Of a stretch of DNA of 24,780 nucleotides, positions 15,504 through 24,324 are shown in pieces. Positions within the stretch are counted from its first letter, which is position 1. Every line of letters starts with the position of its first letter. The stretch comes from a virus (Duplodnaviria > Caudoviricetes). The stretch lies in the IMG/VR virus record IMGVR_UViG_3300023100_000008, positions 1 to 24,780 of that record, one strand, 5' to 3'. A program made the translations under genes and the position numbers. The notes below the pieces were generated by a model. It was not told the origin of the DNA, did no database searches, and saw nothing but the letters and a program-made list of their open reading frames with translations.

Positions 15504-15633
15504 TTTTCCACTGTTTATAGATTGTTCTGATTCTGAATTTAAGCCACTCATTAAAAGTGGCTATTGGTTTACGGTTTGTCATGTAAAGCGCTATTGCCAA
15601 TACCATGATCGTACTAAGATTCGACTGGTTCAT
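15454..15633 (-). CDS. Possible small hydrophobic protein
   Basis: MNQSNLSTIMVLAIALYMTNRK... fills the gap after DUF3164 but overlaps both neighbours. Confidence 0.35.
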   Translation of the reverse strand: MNQSNLSTIMVLAIALYMTNRKPIATFNEWLKFRIRTIYKQWKNERKNNPNNRSRTIRS

Positions 15634-16309
15634 TGTAAAACTCGAATTTGTAACCTTTTGAGAAATCAACTGAACTTGCAGAAAGCGGTATACTTGTCCT
15701 TGTACCGTCTTCAGCTATCAAAGTAGCTTCGATATACCAAACCGAGCGAATAGGCTTATAAGATTCTGAAATGATGTTTACACCGTCGGTAAATTCTACA
15801 TCATCAATCTTCTTGGTTAATTTTTGCAGTTCTAAAACTCTACTTCCTTTCAGATTTCCTTTTGCATCCTTCTTTAGGAGATTAAAAACAATGTCAACAA
15901 GCGCAGCTGTGGATTCATTTGTAGCCAGGGAACTGATATATTTTTCAACTTTGGCGATGCCGGCACTCACTGTGTCGTCCCATCCGTCAGTAACCCTGTA
16001 ACCGATTGTTATTTCAGCGCCCTTGCATGAAAATGTGTGTGACTGCTGTTTTTCTTTGATTCCGAACGTATCTGCTTTTAGCTTTAAAATATCTTCAAAT
16101 AATTGGAACGCTTGCGTTTTAGCGTTTGAAATCATTTCAGAAGCTGCACAAAGCGTAAAAATTGCTTTTGGGACTGCCTGCTCTACAAGTTCTTTATAAG
16201 CTTGTCGGTCATTGGCTTTTTTTGAATCTACTTTGTTTAAGGCTTCTTTTAATTGTTTAGCTGAGAATTTTGTTAAATCAATTGTTTCTAGTGGAGTTGT
16301 TGTATTCAT
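15614..16309 (-). CDS. DUF3164 family protein (Mu-like prophage early protein)
   Basis: Start moved to ATG 16309. QQSHTF, GYRVTDGWDDTV and KDAKGNLKGSRVLEL motifs. Confidence 0.8.
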   Translation of the reverse strand: MNTTTPLETIDLTKFSAKQLKEALNKVDSKKANDRQAYKELVEQAVPKAIFTLCAASEMISNAKTQAFQLFEDILKLKADTFGIKEKQQSHTFSCKGAEITIGYRVTDGWDDTVSAGIAKVEKYISSLATNESTAALVDIVFNLLKKDAKGNLKGSRVLELQKLTKKIDDVEFTDGVNIISESYKPIRSVWYIEATLIAEDGTRTSIPLSASSVDFSKGYKFEFYNEPVES

Positions 16310-16326
16310 AATTGTATTTTTTATAA

Positions 16327-16638
16327 TTAGTATATTTTTAAATGTTCTAAAAAGTTGCTTTGAGGATAACCTTTCCAACCCTGATCAATAATGCTTTTTA
16401 AACATTTTTCAATTTGTTGATCTAAGGAGACTGAAACTTCTGTAGTTCTCACTTGATTCTCTGATATTTCACCAGCTAAAAAACTTAAGTACTCATATTT
16501 GGACCCGCGCTCTTGGTTTATCGCAATTCGTTCTCCGGTTGTAAATACTGGCCTTTTTCCTTTTTCCTGTTCTGTAGTGCAGAATTGCAAAACCAGGTAC
16601 AGTAACTCTAGTCTCTGTAATGTTTGGGTTTTAGTCAT
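16327..16638 (-). CDS. Hypothetical phage protein
   Basis: 103-aa ORF in the operon. Confidence 0.7.
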   Translation of the reverse strand: MTKTQTLQRLELLYLVLQFCTTEQEKGKRPVFTTGERIAINQERGSKYEYLSFLAGEISENQVRTTEVSVSLDQQIEKCLKSIIDQGWKGYPQSNFLEHLKIY

Positions 16639-16641
16639 AAA

Positions 16642-16998
16642 TTAGTTTTGGCTTAAGATGTTAAGAACCCGAGTTCCTTTTACTTTTCGTTTCACAATTG
16701 GAGTAAGTAGCGGCATAGGTCGAATGTTGAAAAGATTGAGTGTGCATTCACTGTAACATTTGTTATAGTCCGCTGCCGTTACGTTTGGATTAGTATATAA
16801 CCTAGTCAGGTTAATAAACTCAGCTTCACATTTTGTCAGTTCTATTCTAAACCAGGCATTGACAGAACTGTTTGCCAATACCTGTTGAAATTGTCTATCC
16901 GTTACGGTAACACTAATACACCAATTGCTGTATAAATTAAAAATCATTGATTCGTACTGCTCTGGTGTGATTGCTAATTTTGAATTGATTATTGTCAT
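16642..16998 (-). CDS. Hypothetical phage protein
   Basis: Start moved to ATG 16998 (MTIINSKLAI), after the upstream stop at 17010. Confidence 0.7.
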   Translation of the reverse strand: MTIINSKLAITPEQYESMIFNLYSNWCISVTVTDRQFQQVLANSSVNAWFRIELTKCEAEFINLTRLYTNPNVTAADYNKCYSECTLNLFNIRPMPLLTPIVKRKVKGTRVLNILSQN

Positions 16999-17009
16999 TG
17001 TTTTTGTTT

Positions 17010-17648
17010 TTAGATTTTCTCTGATCCTCTTAATTTTTCGTAGCCTTCTTGCCAAACTATATAAGTTCCGCCATTGGGTCCTATTGTCCGTCCTTTGCAC
17101 GTTGCTAAATATCCCGACACGAATATTTTTTTGTTTGCATCGTACATAATCTTCTTTTCCATCTCAGAATATGGATTACTACCAAGTGCCATTCCTGAGA
17201 TTATTATTATTTTCCTTCGCTTGTATTTTCTTGTAAACTCAAAGTATTTTTCCAAGCTCTCGAAAAAATAAGATGCTGAATTAATTAGTACAACTTCTGG
17301 ACTATTACGGCGATCCAAAAATTCGCACAGTTCCTTATAATTATAACTGGCAGCATAGTAATTGTCTTTAACATCCTGCATATTTTTAAGATTGGTTCTT
17401 TTGATAAAATCGTCATCATCCAGTTCCTCTTCAAGCTCATTGTGTATTGCTTTTAGCTCTTCACAAAGGGCTTTCACAATATCTAGCAATACACTACTTT
17501 TTCCAGAACCAGAACCGCCCCATACAAACCAAACACCTCTGTTCTGCGGATTACCAAATGCCTGATATAACTTTGGTGCAATTTTTTCGAAATCAATGAG
17601 CGTAACTTTTTGGTTAACAATGTTGCCGACATTCAGGGCTTTTTTCAT
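17010..17648 (-). CDS. P-loop NTPase (RecA/KaiC-like fold)
   Basis: Walker A GGSGSGKS and Walker B-like VVLINS; ATGA overlap with MuB. Confidence 0.8.
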   Translation of the reverse strand: MKKALNVGNIVNQKVTLIDFEKIAPKLYQAFGNPQNRGVWFVWGGSGSGKSSVLLDIVKALCEELKAIHNELEEELDDDDFIKRTNLKNMQDVKDNYYAASYNYKELCEFLDRRNSPEVVLINSASYFFESLEKYFEFTRKYKRRKIIIISGMALGSNPYSEMEKKIMYDANKKIFVSGYLATCKGRTIGPNGGTYIVWQEGYEKLRGSEKI

Positions 17649-18580
17649 GCAAACATCTGGGTTGGTAGGTTGAGTACTTTTCTAACAAATTGCTCGTTAA
17701 GCTTTTCTCCGGTTCTGTCCGCTTCACGTAACGCAGGTACTAAAGCATCATGTAGTTCACCGTAATTTTCACACACTCGCTGTAAAAATGACCTAAGGGG
17801 TCTGTCTTCTACATTTTCCAAAAATCCCTGAAAGTTTTTATCAATACTTGGTAAAACACGTATTCCGAATTTGATACGTCGATAGAACTGACGCATACCT
17901 GCCTTTTTACGTTTTCTTAGTTTATCTAAATTGTCAATCAATTCATCCGTACCGATGAGAACTATTGAGCAATGTCCTTTCAAATCGTCTGTAAACTCCT
18001 TCATCATTGAAAGTGTTGGTTGTTTCATATATTCACATTCGTCAAAAATCAATTGCGGTTTTAATCCTTCAAATTTTTGCTTTTGCATAAACTTTACGAT
18101 CGCATTAATGTTTTTACTTTTGGTTTTAGCGTGTGCGATTTTGGCTTTGTCCAAAATTTTATCAATCAAGTCTGAAAGATTATCAGAACTACCAACTTTA
18201 ATTATAAAAGTGTCAAGTGGATGCTGTGCGGCAAATAGGTTAGAATTAAATGTTTTTCCGCAACCCGTTTCACCTATTACAGGGTTAATTGTGCCGTGTT
18301 CTTTCGAATCTTCTAATATTGCCATCATAGCGGTCATTTGTTTAGTTACTACAGGTTTCCAATACGTTTTGGTTAATGCTAATCCAATAAATGAAGCCAC
18401 TTTTTCAAACCATTTAGGGGCTATTTCAGTGGGACCAATCTTGAAACTTTTATTTCGCATGTTTGAGATATAAGCTTCATTAACTCCTGATTTCTTAACA
18501 AAGTCATTAGCTGACATTTCATGTTGTGATAAGTAGTTTTCTAACTCGTTTACAATTTACTTTTTTATTTCTTGTGTCAT
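17645..18580 (-). pseudogene. MuB-like AAA+ transposition ATPase with premature in-frame stop at codon 8 (290-aa ORF remains from ATG 18517)
   Basis: Walker A GETGCGKT, Walker B LIFDECE and arginine finger QFYRRI. Coupled ATG 18580 reads MTQEIKK*IVNELENYLSQHEMSAND..., in frame with 18517. Confidence 0.7.
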
Positions 18581-20661
18581 GGTCGTAGGTATTTGTTGAT
18601 GTCTGTCTTTTGGTTATAATATTCATCCTGTTCTTGTTGCCAGGTCTTACTTTCTTTAATTTCGATTAACGTTTCTTGTCGTTGCAGTAATTTTGTTCCT
18701 TTGTGCTGTAAACGTTGTCGGCTTTTCTGGTCTTTATGTTGCCCCCTTGAATCGACGATTAAATGTTTTGCAAGTGTGTCATTCAGTAAAGGATTTTCGA
18801 AGAGATTTTCTAATAAGAGCGCATTTTCTTCACGTTCGTTTGTGATGTATTCAATTGCACGTTTATTGTAGTCACTCACTCGTTTTAACTGCCCGGCATC
18901 CGCTTCGTTTCGATCATCCAAAGCCATTGCCTGAATATGTTTTCTTTCTAATAAATACCGGTGCTTATTATCTTTACTTACTGCCAGAACTTGATCTATA
19001 TTTTGCGAATCGTATAGTATTTCCCAATCCTGGTGCGCCTGTTTTCTGAAATCTAAATCAAAGCTGTCGTACACTTCTTTAGCACCGTCAATCCTTACGT
19101 TTAAACCTGATCCAACTAATTTGTTGGTGTGACCTGATTTTTTGCCTAAGGCTAACAGAAAGTTTTCTTGTGGCATTGTGAGTTTTAAATCTTCGGGTAC
19201 ATTTTCCCAACTATTGACATATTCATCTACCTTTTTTGCTCTTTCAGATCGAATGATACTTTCTAACTGCTGCCTGCATCCCTGTTCGTCCGGGAAATAC
19301 TTGCTTATCTTATTGATCATTTCTGAATTTGGCTGATTTTTAGAACCACTATTAATGTTGTAACCGCTCCAATTGTCCATTAACCTGCAATACGCGTTGT
19401 TTAAATGACTGAAATACGGCTCAATGATTTTTGATTTAGCATTCTTAACCTTTGCAGGTGTATACACGTGTGCGCATGCCTGATAAACCGGAGTAAGCAC
19501 CTTACTTTGATAATTATCACTTTGCAATTGTCTTGGATTCATTCTTTGACCAAATAATTCAGCTGTGTGGTTGATCGCATTTCGTAAAGCTTCTTTAATA
19601 AGCTCCGGTGATTCGTGAGAACCTATTGCATAACCAATTGGATATTTGTTGAAAGCATCCAGAACAACAACCAATGTTAACCTATTGTGATATGTCGTTG
19701 TAGAATATCCGGCTTTGTTAACAGTTGTATTTTGATATAAAAGTTCTGCGTCCCATCCGTCAAGTGTCCAATAAAGCATTGGAGCGCTTGGAGCTTGTCT
19801 TTTGTTTTGCATCAAAATATTATTTGACAATGCAGAAACACCATTGCGTCCGGCATAAATAACAAGGTTTCTTTCTTTTTTGCGGTTTCCAACGGTTTGA
19901 GCCGTAATGGTTGGCCACTTCATTTTTTCAGCAACGATGTTATATAAATTCGATACTAACTCATTATCTAAATTGGTGTGTTTCGCTAACAATTCATCTA
20001 TCAAAGCTTCCTGCTCGCGTTCCTTTAATTTCAGAGCATTTTGCGTTCCGAACTTATCAGAAATGATACTGGCATAGCCTTCTTTCACATACTTGTTTAC
20101 CTTAAATCTCAAAGAACTTTTTGTAGTTGGTAACTTGTGATCAACTTCGGTGAAGGCGTTTACATCGCGGCTTAAACTTTCCCAAATATCTACCGTTGTA
20201 CAGCTCAATGTTTTTAAATACTGCTTGCGATTCGTTTTCATCAGCAGTACTGTGTTTAAAACTGAGGCCTGAAACACATATTTTTGAATTACTGCCGGAT
20301 CAAGTTTTATATTTTCGCCATACTTATAGTCTATATAAAAATTAAACGCTTCACGATCTGCGATATAGTGCTGAGCAAACCAACTCTTTTTTATTTCCTC
20401 GTTTGGTTTTCCAAACTTCACCGCTAACTGATCTTTCCAATCCTGAGCGATTGATGAAAGTAAAACCAGAGCGTCACAGCCTAATGATCCGCGACGTAAT
20501 TCAGTTTCAGTACTCTTTTTAGAATTAAGGCGTTTGTATAATGCGTTATAACTAATAAGCTTTAAACTATCGGGATGAAAACATCGTTCGAAACGATCAT
20601 ATACTAAGTATTTCATTTTTACACCTAGTTTCTTGTCGTGATATTCGTAAGGCGTTTCCAA
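18577..20661 (-). CDS. MuA-like DDE transposase
   Basis: 694 aa; WTLDGWDAEL (D), QSDNY (D), KSKIIEPYF (E); TTG start 1 nt after the cro stop. Confidence 0.9.
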   Translation of the reverse strand: METPYEYHDKKLGVKMKYLVYDRFERCFHPDSLKLISYNALYKRLNSKKSTETELRRGSLGCDALVLLSSIAQDWKDQLAVKFGKPNEEIKKSWFAQHYIADREAFNFYIDYKYGENIKLDPAVIQKYVFQASVLNTVLLMKTNRKQYLKTLSCTTVDIWESLSRDVNAFTEVDHKLPTTKSSLRFKVNKYVKEGYASIISDKFGTQNALKLKEREQEALIDELLAKHTNLDNELVSNLYNIVAEKMKWPTITAQTVGNRKKERNLVIYAGRNGVSALSNNILMQNKRQAPSAPMLYWTLDGWDAELLYQNTTVNKAGYSTTTYHNRLTLVVVLDAFNKYPIGYAIGSHESPELIKEALRNAINHTAELFGQRMNPRQLQSDNYQSKVLTPVYQACAHVYTPAKVKNAKSKIIEPYFSHLNNAYCRLMDNWSGYNINSGSKNQPNSEMINKISKYFPDEQGCRQQLESIIRSERAKKVDEYVNSWENVPEDLKLTMPQENFLLALGKKSGHTNKLVGSGLNVRIDGAKEVYDSFDLDFRKQAHQDWEILYDSQNIDQVLAVSKDNKHRYLLERKHIQAMALDDRNEADAGQLKRVSDYNKRAIEYITNEREENALLLENLFENPLLNDTLAKHLIVDSRGQHKDQKSRQRLQHKGTKLLQRQETLIEIKESKTWQQEQDEYYNQKTDINKYLRP

Positions 20662-20662
20662 A

Positions 20663-20857
20663 CTAAAGTGATTTTAAAAGTTTTGTAACTGCATCATACA
20701 TTGTCTTGTATTCTTTCTTGACCGTCTCACTCATTTCACTTTGGCGGTTTCCCGCTAAACTCATTCTGATGAATCGTAGTGATAATCCGTACTTTTCTTT
20801 AATACGATTAAGGATTTCCGTATTGTGGTTATTTTTCTTTTGTGTAAGTTTGTCCAT
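20663..20857 (-). CDS. Cro/Ner-like small DNA-binding protein
   Basis: 64-aa basic HTH-like protein, divergent from the repressor and first gene of the early operon. Confidence 0.7.
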   Translation of the reverse strand: MDKLTQKKNNHNTEILNRIKEKYGLSLRFIRMSLAGNRQSEMSETVKKEYKTMYDAVTKLLKSL

Positions 20858-20939
20858 GGTGTAGTTTGTTCCTTTTAATGGAACAAATATATAACCTATT
20901 TTCTATTTTACAATATAAAAATAACCTTTTTTCTATTTT
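20823..20939. promoter_or_regulatory. Lysis/lysogeny switch: face-to-face promoters, operator repeats and an inverted repeat
   Basis: Plus: TTG 20823, 19 nt, TAAGTTTG 20845-20852. Minus: TTG 20911-20913, 19 nt, TATATTTG 20884-20891. Direct repeats ATAACCTWTTTTCTATTTT at 20891 and 20921. IR TTTGTTCC/GGAACAAA at 20865-20887. Confidence 0.65.
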
Positions 20940-20943
20940 TCGC

Positions 20944-21675
20944 ATGAAAGCAATTGACAGACTGTATCAATACATTGATTATAAAGGCATTAAGCCAGGA
21001 CCATTTGAGAAGCAAATAGGGCTCTCAAACGGGTATTTGAGCAAACAATTGAATAGAAATGCAGATTTAGGTGAAGGCATAATAACTAAGATAATAGAAA
21101 ATTGTCCAGATTTAAGCCCATTGTGGTTTTTGATGGGTACAGGAGAAATGACAAATAATTTTCCAACACCAGAAATTTTTGATAAAAAAAACGATGACGA
21201 TCAATCAACCCAGAAAGTTTTTAAAATGAAGACAGATAACTTAGTTCAAAAGCAATCTGTTCCATTATATGATGTACAGGCATCGGCTTCTGTAGTTGCA
21301 TTATTTAGAGATCAAAAGGGACAAAAACCAATTGATCATATTACTATTCCTAATTTGCCTAAATGTGACGGTGCTATTTATGTTAGTGGAGATAGTATGT
21401 ATCCTTTGTTAAAGTCTGGTGACATTGTAATGTACAAAAAGGTCGAAAATGCTCTGGATGCTATATTTTGGGGTGAAATGTATCTCGTATCAATAATTAA
21501 TGACTACGGTGACGAATTTGTTATGATCAAGTGGTTACAAAGATCGGAGCAAGGCAATGATTTTGTAAAATTAGTTTCTGAAAACAGACACCATCAGCCA
21601 ACCGAGTTTCACATCAAAAACATTAAAGGTTTAGCGCTAATTAAGGCTAGTGTTAGAATTAATTCAATGTATTAA
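20944..21675 (+). CDS. Phage repressor, HTH + S24 peptidase (CI/LexA-like)
   Basis: Start moved to ATG 20944. HTH (FEKQIGLSNGYL...LSPLWFLMGTGEM), catalytic Ser in GDSMYP, Lys in MIKWL. Confidence 0.9.
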   Translation: MKAIDRLYQYIDYKGIKPGPFEKQIGLSNGYLSKQLNRNADLGEGIITKIIENCPDLSPLWFLMGTGEMTNNFPTPEIFDKKNDDDQSTQKVFKMKTDNLVQKQSVPLYDVQASASVVALFRDQKGQKPIDHITIPNLPKCDGAIYVSGDSMYPLLKSGDIVMYKKVENALDAIFWGEMYLVSIINDYGDEFVMIKWLQRSEQGNDFVKLVSENRHHQPTEFHIKNIKGLALIKASVRINSMY

Positions 21676-21820
21676 TTATTACATAGTTGAAAATCAGGAT
21701 TTTACATACTTTTAATATATTATTTAGTGTATTACGGGGGGTGTTTCAAGCTCTTTTTTGACTATTTCATGCTAATAAATGCATTTACGGGATATAGTAA
21801 AGTTATTTTTAGTACAAGAT

Positions 21821-21859
21821 TTAGGCTACCCATTAGGCTACCCATTGGGCTACGCATTA
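21821..21859. repeat. 3 x 12-bp tandem repeat near the prophage end
   Basis: TTAGGCTACCCA TTAGGCTACCCA TTGGGCTACGCA TTA. Confidence 0.85.
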
Positions 21860-22011
21860 CTTAAAAATCATCTTTTTTGATTTATACAATAATCTACTTT
21901 AAACGCTTTAAAAAGACTTAGTATTCACAAACCATGCTATCCAAAAAACACCGTATTTAACTGATTTCACGACCTTTTACGGTATATTTGTCTCGTAACT
22001 ATAGTTAACCC

Positions 22012-22078
22012 TTTAAATAGTACTTTAAATCATTTTTAAATGGTACTTAAATGGTATGTAATGGTATGTAATGCGCAT
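22012..22078. repeat. Degenerate 10-12-bp tandem repeats (TAAATGGTA-like) near the prophage end
   Basis: TTTAAATAGTAC TTTAAATCATT TTTAAATGGTAC TTAAATGGTAT GTAATGGTAT GTAATGCGCAT. Confidence 0.7.
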
Positions 22079-22091
22079 TTCAAATATTTAC

Positions 22092-22122
22092 AAAAAAAGC
22101 CCACACATTGCTGTGAGGGCTT
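22092..22122 (-). terminator. Inward-facing intrinsic terminator at the prophage end
   Basis: Minus strand reads AAGCCCTCACAGCAATGTGTGGGC-T7. Confidence 0.55.
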
Positions 22123-22205
22123 GAATTTATTGGACATTTCGACCTTTTTTGGTTGTAGTGTTATTGTTTATTTTAATTTATGGCCTATAAAAATTGTACA
22201 TAAGC

Positions 22206-22663
22206 ATAATTGTAGAGATGCACAGCAGTGCATCTACGCAAAGTATATCGACAAAGAAGAAAAAAACTTAGAGATTCAGAGTATTTTTTTGCCACAGCAT
22301 AAAATAATTTTGAATCCGTGTAAATCAGTAAAATCCGTTTTATCTGTGGGCAATTTAATATTAAATACATTGTGTAGACGCACAGCAGTTCGCCTCTACA
22401 ATATAGATGCCGAAAAGATTGGTGAACTTTTGTATTTATAGAAACGCATCATTTTAAATTTGTATAATTGTAGAGATGCACAGCAGTGCATCTACGCAAA
22501 GTATATCGACAAAGAAGAAAAAAAACTTAGAGATTCAGAGTGTTTTTTTGCCACAGCTTAAAAAGATTTTGAATCAGCGTTAATCAGTAAAATCCGTTTT
22601 ATCTGTGGGCAATTTAATTTAAATACATTGTGTAGACGAACAACAGTGCGCCTCTACAATATA
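22206..22663. repeat. Host REP/BIME-like array: two ~200-bp copies (258-bp period), each with an inverted pair of GTAG-type REPs
   Basis: Copies start at 22206 and 22464. Each has GTAGAGATGCACAGCAGTGCATCTAC, an inverted GTAGACGCACAGCAGTTCGCCTCTAC-like REP, and an internal GCCACAG...ATCTGTGG element. Confidence 0.85.
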
Positions 22664-22683
22664 TACAACGAAAGATTGCATAT

Positions 22684-22717
22684 AAAAAAAGGGATAAACA
22701 ATAAGTTTATCCCTTTT
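22684..22717 (-). terminator. Intrinsic terminator downstream of the flavin oxidoreductase
   Basis: AAAAGGGATAAAC-AATAA-GTTTATCCCTTTT hairpin, ending in T7 on the minus strand. Confidence 0.85.
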
Positions 22718-22781
22718 ATATTTTAGTTCAATAACAAAACTTAGTACCTCAGAATCTTAGAGCCTTAGTACCTTTAAAAAA

Positions 22782-23888
22782 TTATTCTAAAACCAATGCT
22801 CCCAAAGCTTCTTTACTAAAACCTTTCAATTCATCAGTTTTCCCAGCTTTGATTTTTGCTACCCAATTAGGGTCAGATAAAAGAGGTCTTCCTACTGCAA
22901 CCAAATCAAAATCGCCTCTGTCGAAACGTCTGTTTAATTCTTCTAATGAAGTTGGTTGAGAACTTTCTCCTGCAAATGCACCAAAGAAATCACCAGAAAG
23001 ACCAACAGAACCTACTGTAATAGTTGGTGCTCCGGTTACTTTTTTAGCCCATCCTGCAAAGTTCAAATCAGATTCTTCGAATTCAGGTTCCCAAAAACGA
23101 CGTTGAGAACAGTGTAAAATATCAACTCCTGCATCAACAAGAGGTGTTAACCATGCTTCTAATTCCTGTGGATTTTTAGCCAGTTTATAATTATAATCAG
23201 AAGGTTTAAATTGAGAAAAACGCATGATAACAGCGAAATCATTTCCTACTTGTTTTCTGATTTCCTTTACCACTTCAATAGCAAAACGATTACGTTCCGG
23301 AAGTGTTTTTCCTCCGTAAATATCCTCACGTAAGTTGGTTTCGGCTCTAAAGAACTGGTCAATCAAATAACCGTGCGCTCCGTGAATTTCTATCGTATCA
23401 AAACCTAATCTTTTAGCATCGGCGGCAGCCTGGCCAAAAGCAAGAATGGTATCTTCAATATCTTTTTCGGTCATAGAAACACCATTTCTAAAATCAGGAC
23501 GGTTTAATCCCGACGGACCTTCAAAAGGAACCGGTGGCACCCATCCAGAATGATGATTATCCATAATTCCCATATGCCAGATTTGTGGTCCCATAGCACC
23601 TCCGGCAGCGTGAACTTCGTCGATCACTTTTTTCCATCCGTTTAAAGCTAAATCCCCATGAAAATGTGGCACATTAGCATCATTAGATGATGAAGCTCTG
23701 TTGATAACAGTTCCTTCAGATAATATTAAACCAACTTCACCTTCAGCTCTTTTTTGGTAGTAAGAAGCTACTTCATCAGTTGGAACTCCGTTTGGAGAGA
23801 ATGAGCGCGTCATTGGCGCCATTACGATTCGGTTTTTAAGATTTAACGTTTTTAAGTTAAATGGAGAAAACAGGTTGTTTGTACTCAT
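22782..23888 (-). CDS. NADH:flavin oxidoreductase (old yellow enzyme family), host gene
   Basis: NRIVMAPMTR, EIHGAHGYLIDQF and DLVAVGRPLLSDP motifs. Confidence 0.95.
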   Translation of the reverse strand: MSTNNLFSPFNLKTLNLKNRIVMAPMTRSFSPNGVPTDEVASYYQKRAEGEVGLILSEGTVINRASSSNDANVPHFHGDLALNGWKKVIDEVHAAGGAMGPQIWHMGIMDNHHSGWVPPVPFEGPSGLNRPDFRNGVSMTEKDIEDTILAFGQAAADAKRLGFDTIEIHGAHGYLIDQFFRAETNLREDIYGGKTLPERNRFAIEVVKEIRKQVGNDFAVIMRFSQFKPSDYNYKLAKNPQELEAWLTPLVDAGVDILHCSQRRFWEPEFEESDLNFAGWAKKVTGAPTITVGSVGLSGDFFGAFAGESSQPTSLEELNRRFDRGDFDLVAVGRPLLSDPNWVAKIKAGKTDELKGFSKEALGALVLE

Positions 23889-23894
23889 AGTAAT

Positions 23895-24197
23895 TTACAA
23901 ATTAGATTGAATTAAGTTACTGAGTGCTTCAAAGGCACCTTCGTTGCGTTTATAGTAAGTCCATTGTCCAACACGTTTAGATTCTATAAATCCGGCGCGT
24001 TGTAAAATAGAGAGATATTCAGAAACAGTCGATTGCGTCAAGCCAGCTTTGGCTTGTATTTGCCCCACGCAAACTCCGTGTTCAAATCCGGCATGCTGGA
24101 GCTGATCCGGAAAATTGATTTCAGGTTCTTTTAACCATTCCAGCATTTGCAATCTGGATTTGTTGGAGAGTGCCTTAAAGATTTCTATTGGTTCCAT
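23895..24197 (-). CDS. ArsR/SmtB family transcriptional regulator, host gene
   Basis: Start moved to ATG 24197. FKALSNKSRLQML and LTQSTVSEYLSILQRAGFI..KRVGQWTYY motifs; TATATTTG -7 box at 24202-24209. Confidence 0.92.
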   Translation of the reverse strand: MEPIEIFKALSNKSRLQMLEWLKEPEINFPDQLQHAGFEHGVCVGQIQAKAGLTQSTVSEYLSILQRAGFIESKRVGQWTYYKRNEGAFEALSNLIQSNL

Positions 24198-24324
24198 CGT
24201 GCAAATATATCGACTTTTCCCGATATGCCAATTTACAAGATAATTATTTAATAAAAAATTAAGATGAAGGAAGGTGAAAGCGGGAGATTTTAATAAAGAA
24301 AATTTATATTTGCTTATGAAAATT

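Larger units (their letters stand above)
1..22200. mobile_element. Mu-like transposable prophage (partial; continues beyond left edge of window)
   Basis: Contains a MuA-like DDE transposase, MuB-like AAA ATPase, repressor/cro pair, DUF3164, TerS/TerL, DUF935 portal, MuF, gpG/gp36/gp37-like genes, protease, capsid and lysis genes. Right boundary inferred at ...TGTACA (22200), just before host REP repeats. Confidence 0.93.

Noticed and set aside
1083-19336. Many opposite-strand ORFs nested in real genes (e.g. 2849..3316, 4751..5200, 6812..7117, 17931..18473)
   Set aside because: Antisense shadows of well-supported genes, with no motifs or expression signals.
21983-22008. Outward-facing TATATTTG box followed by palindrome TAACTATAGTTA (possible sRNA promoter)
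   Set aside because: No TTG at the expected -33 spacing and no good plus-strand terminator; such motifs arise by chance in AT-rich DNA.
22040-22441. ORFs 22040..22441 (+) and 22185..22370 (-)
   Set aside because: They span the prophage end and REP repeats and have no protein-like features.
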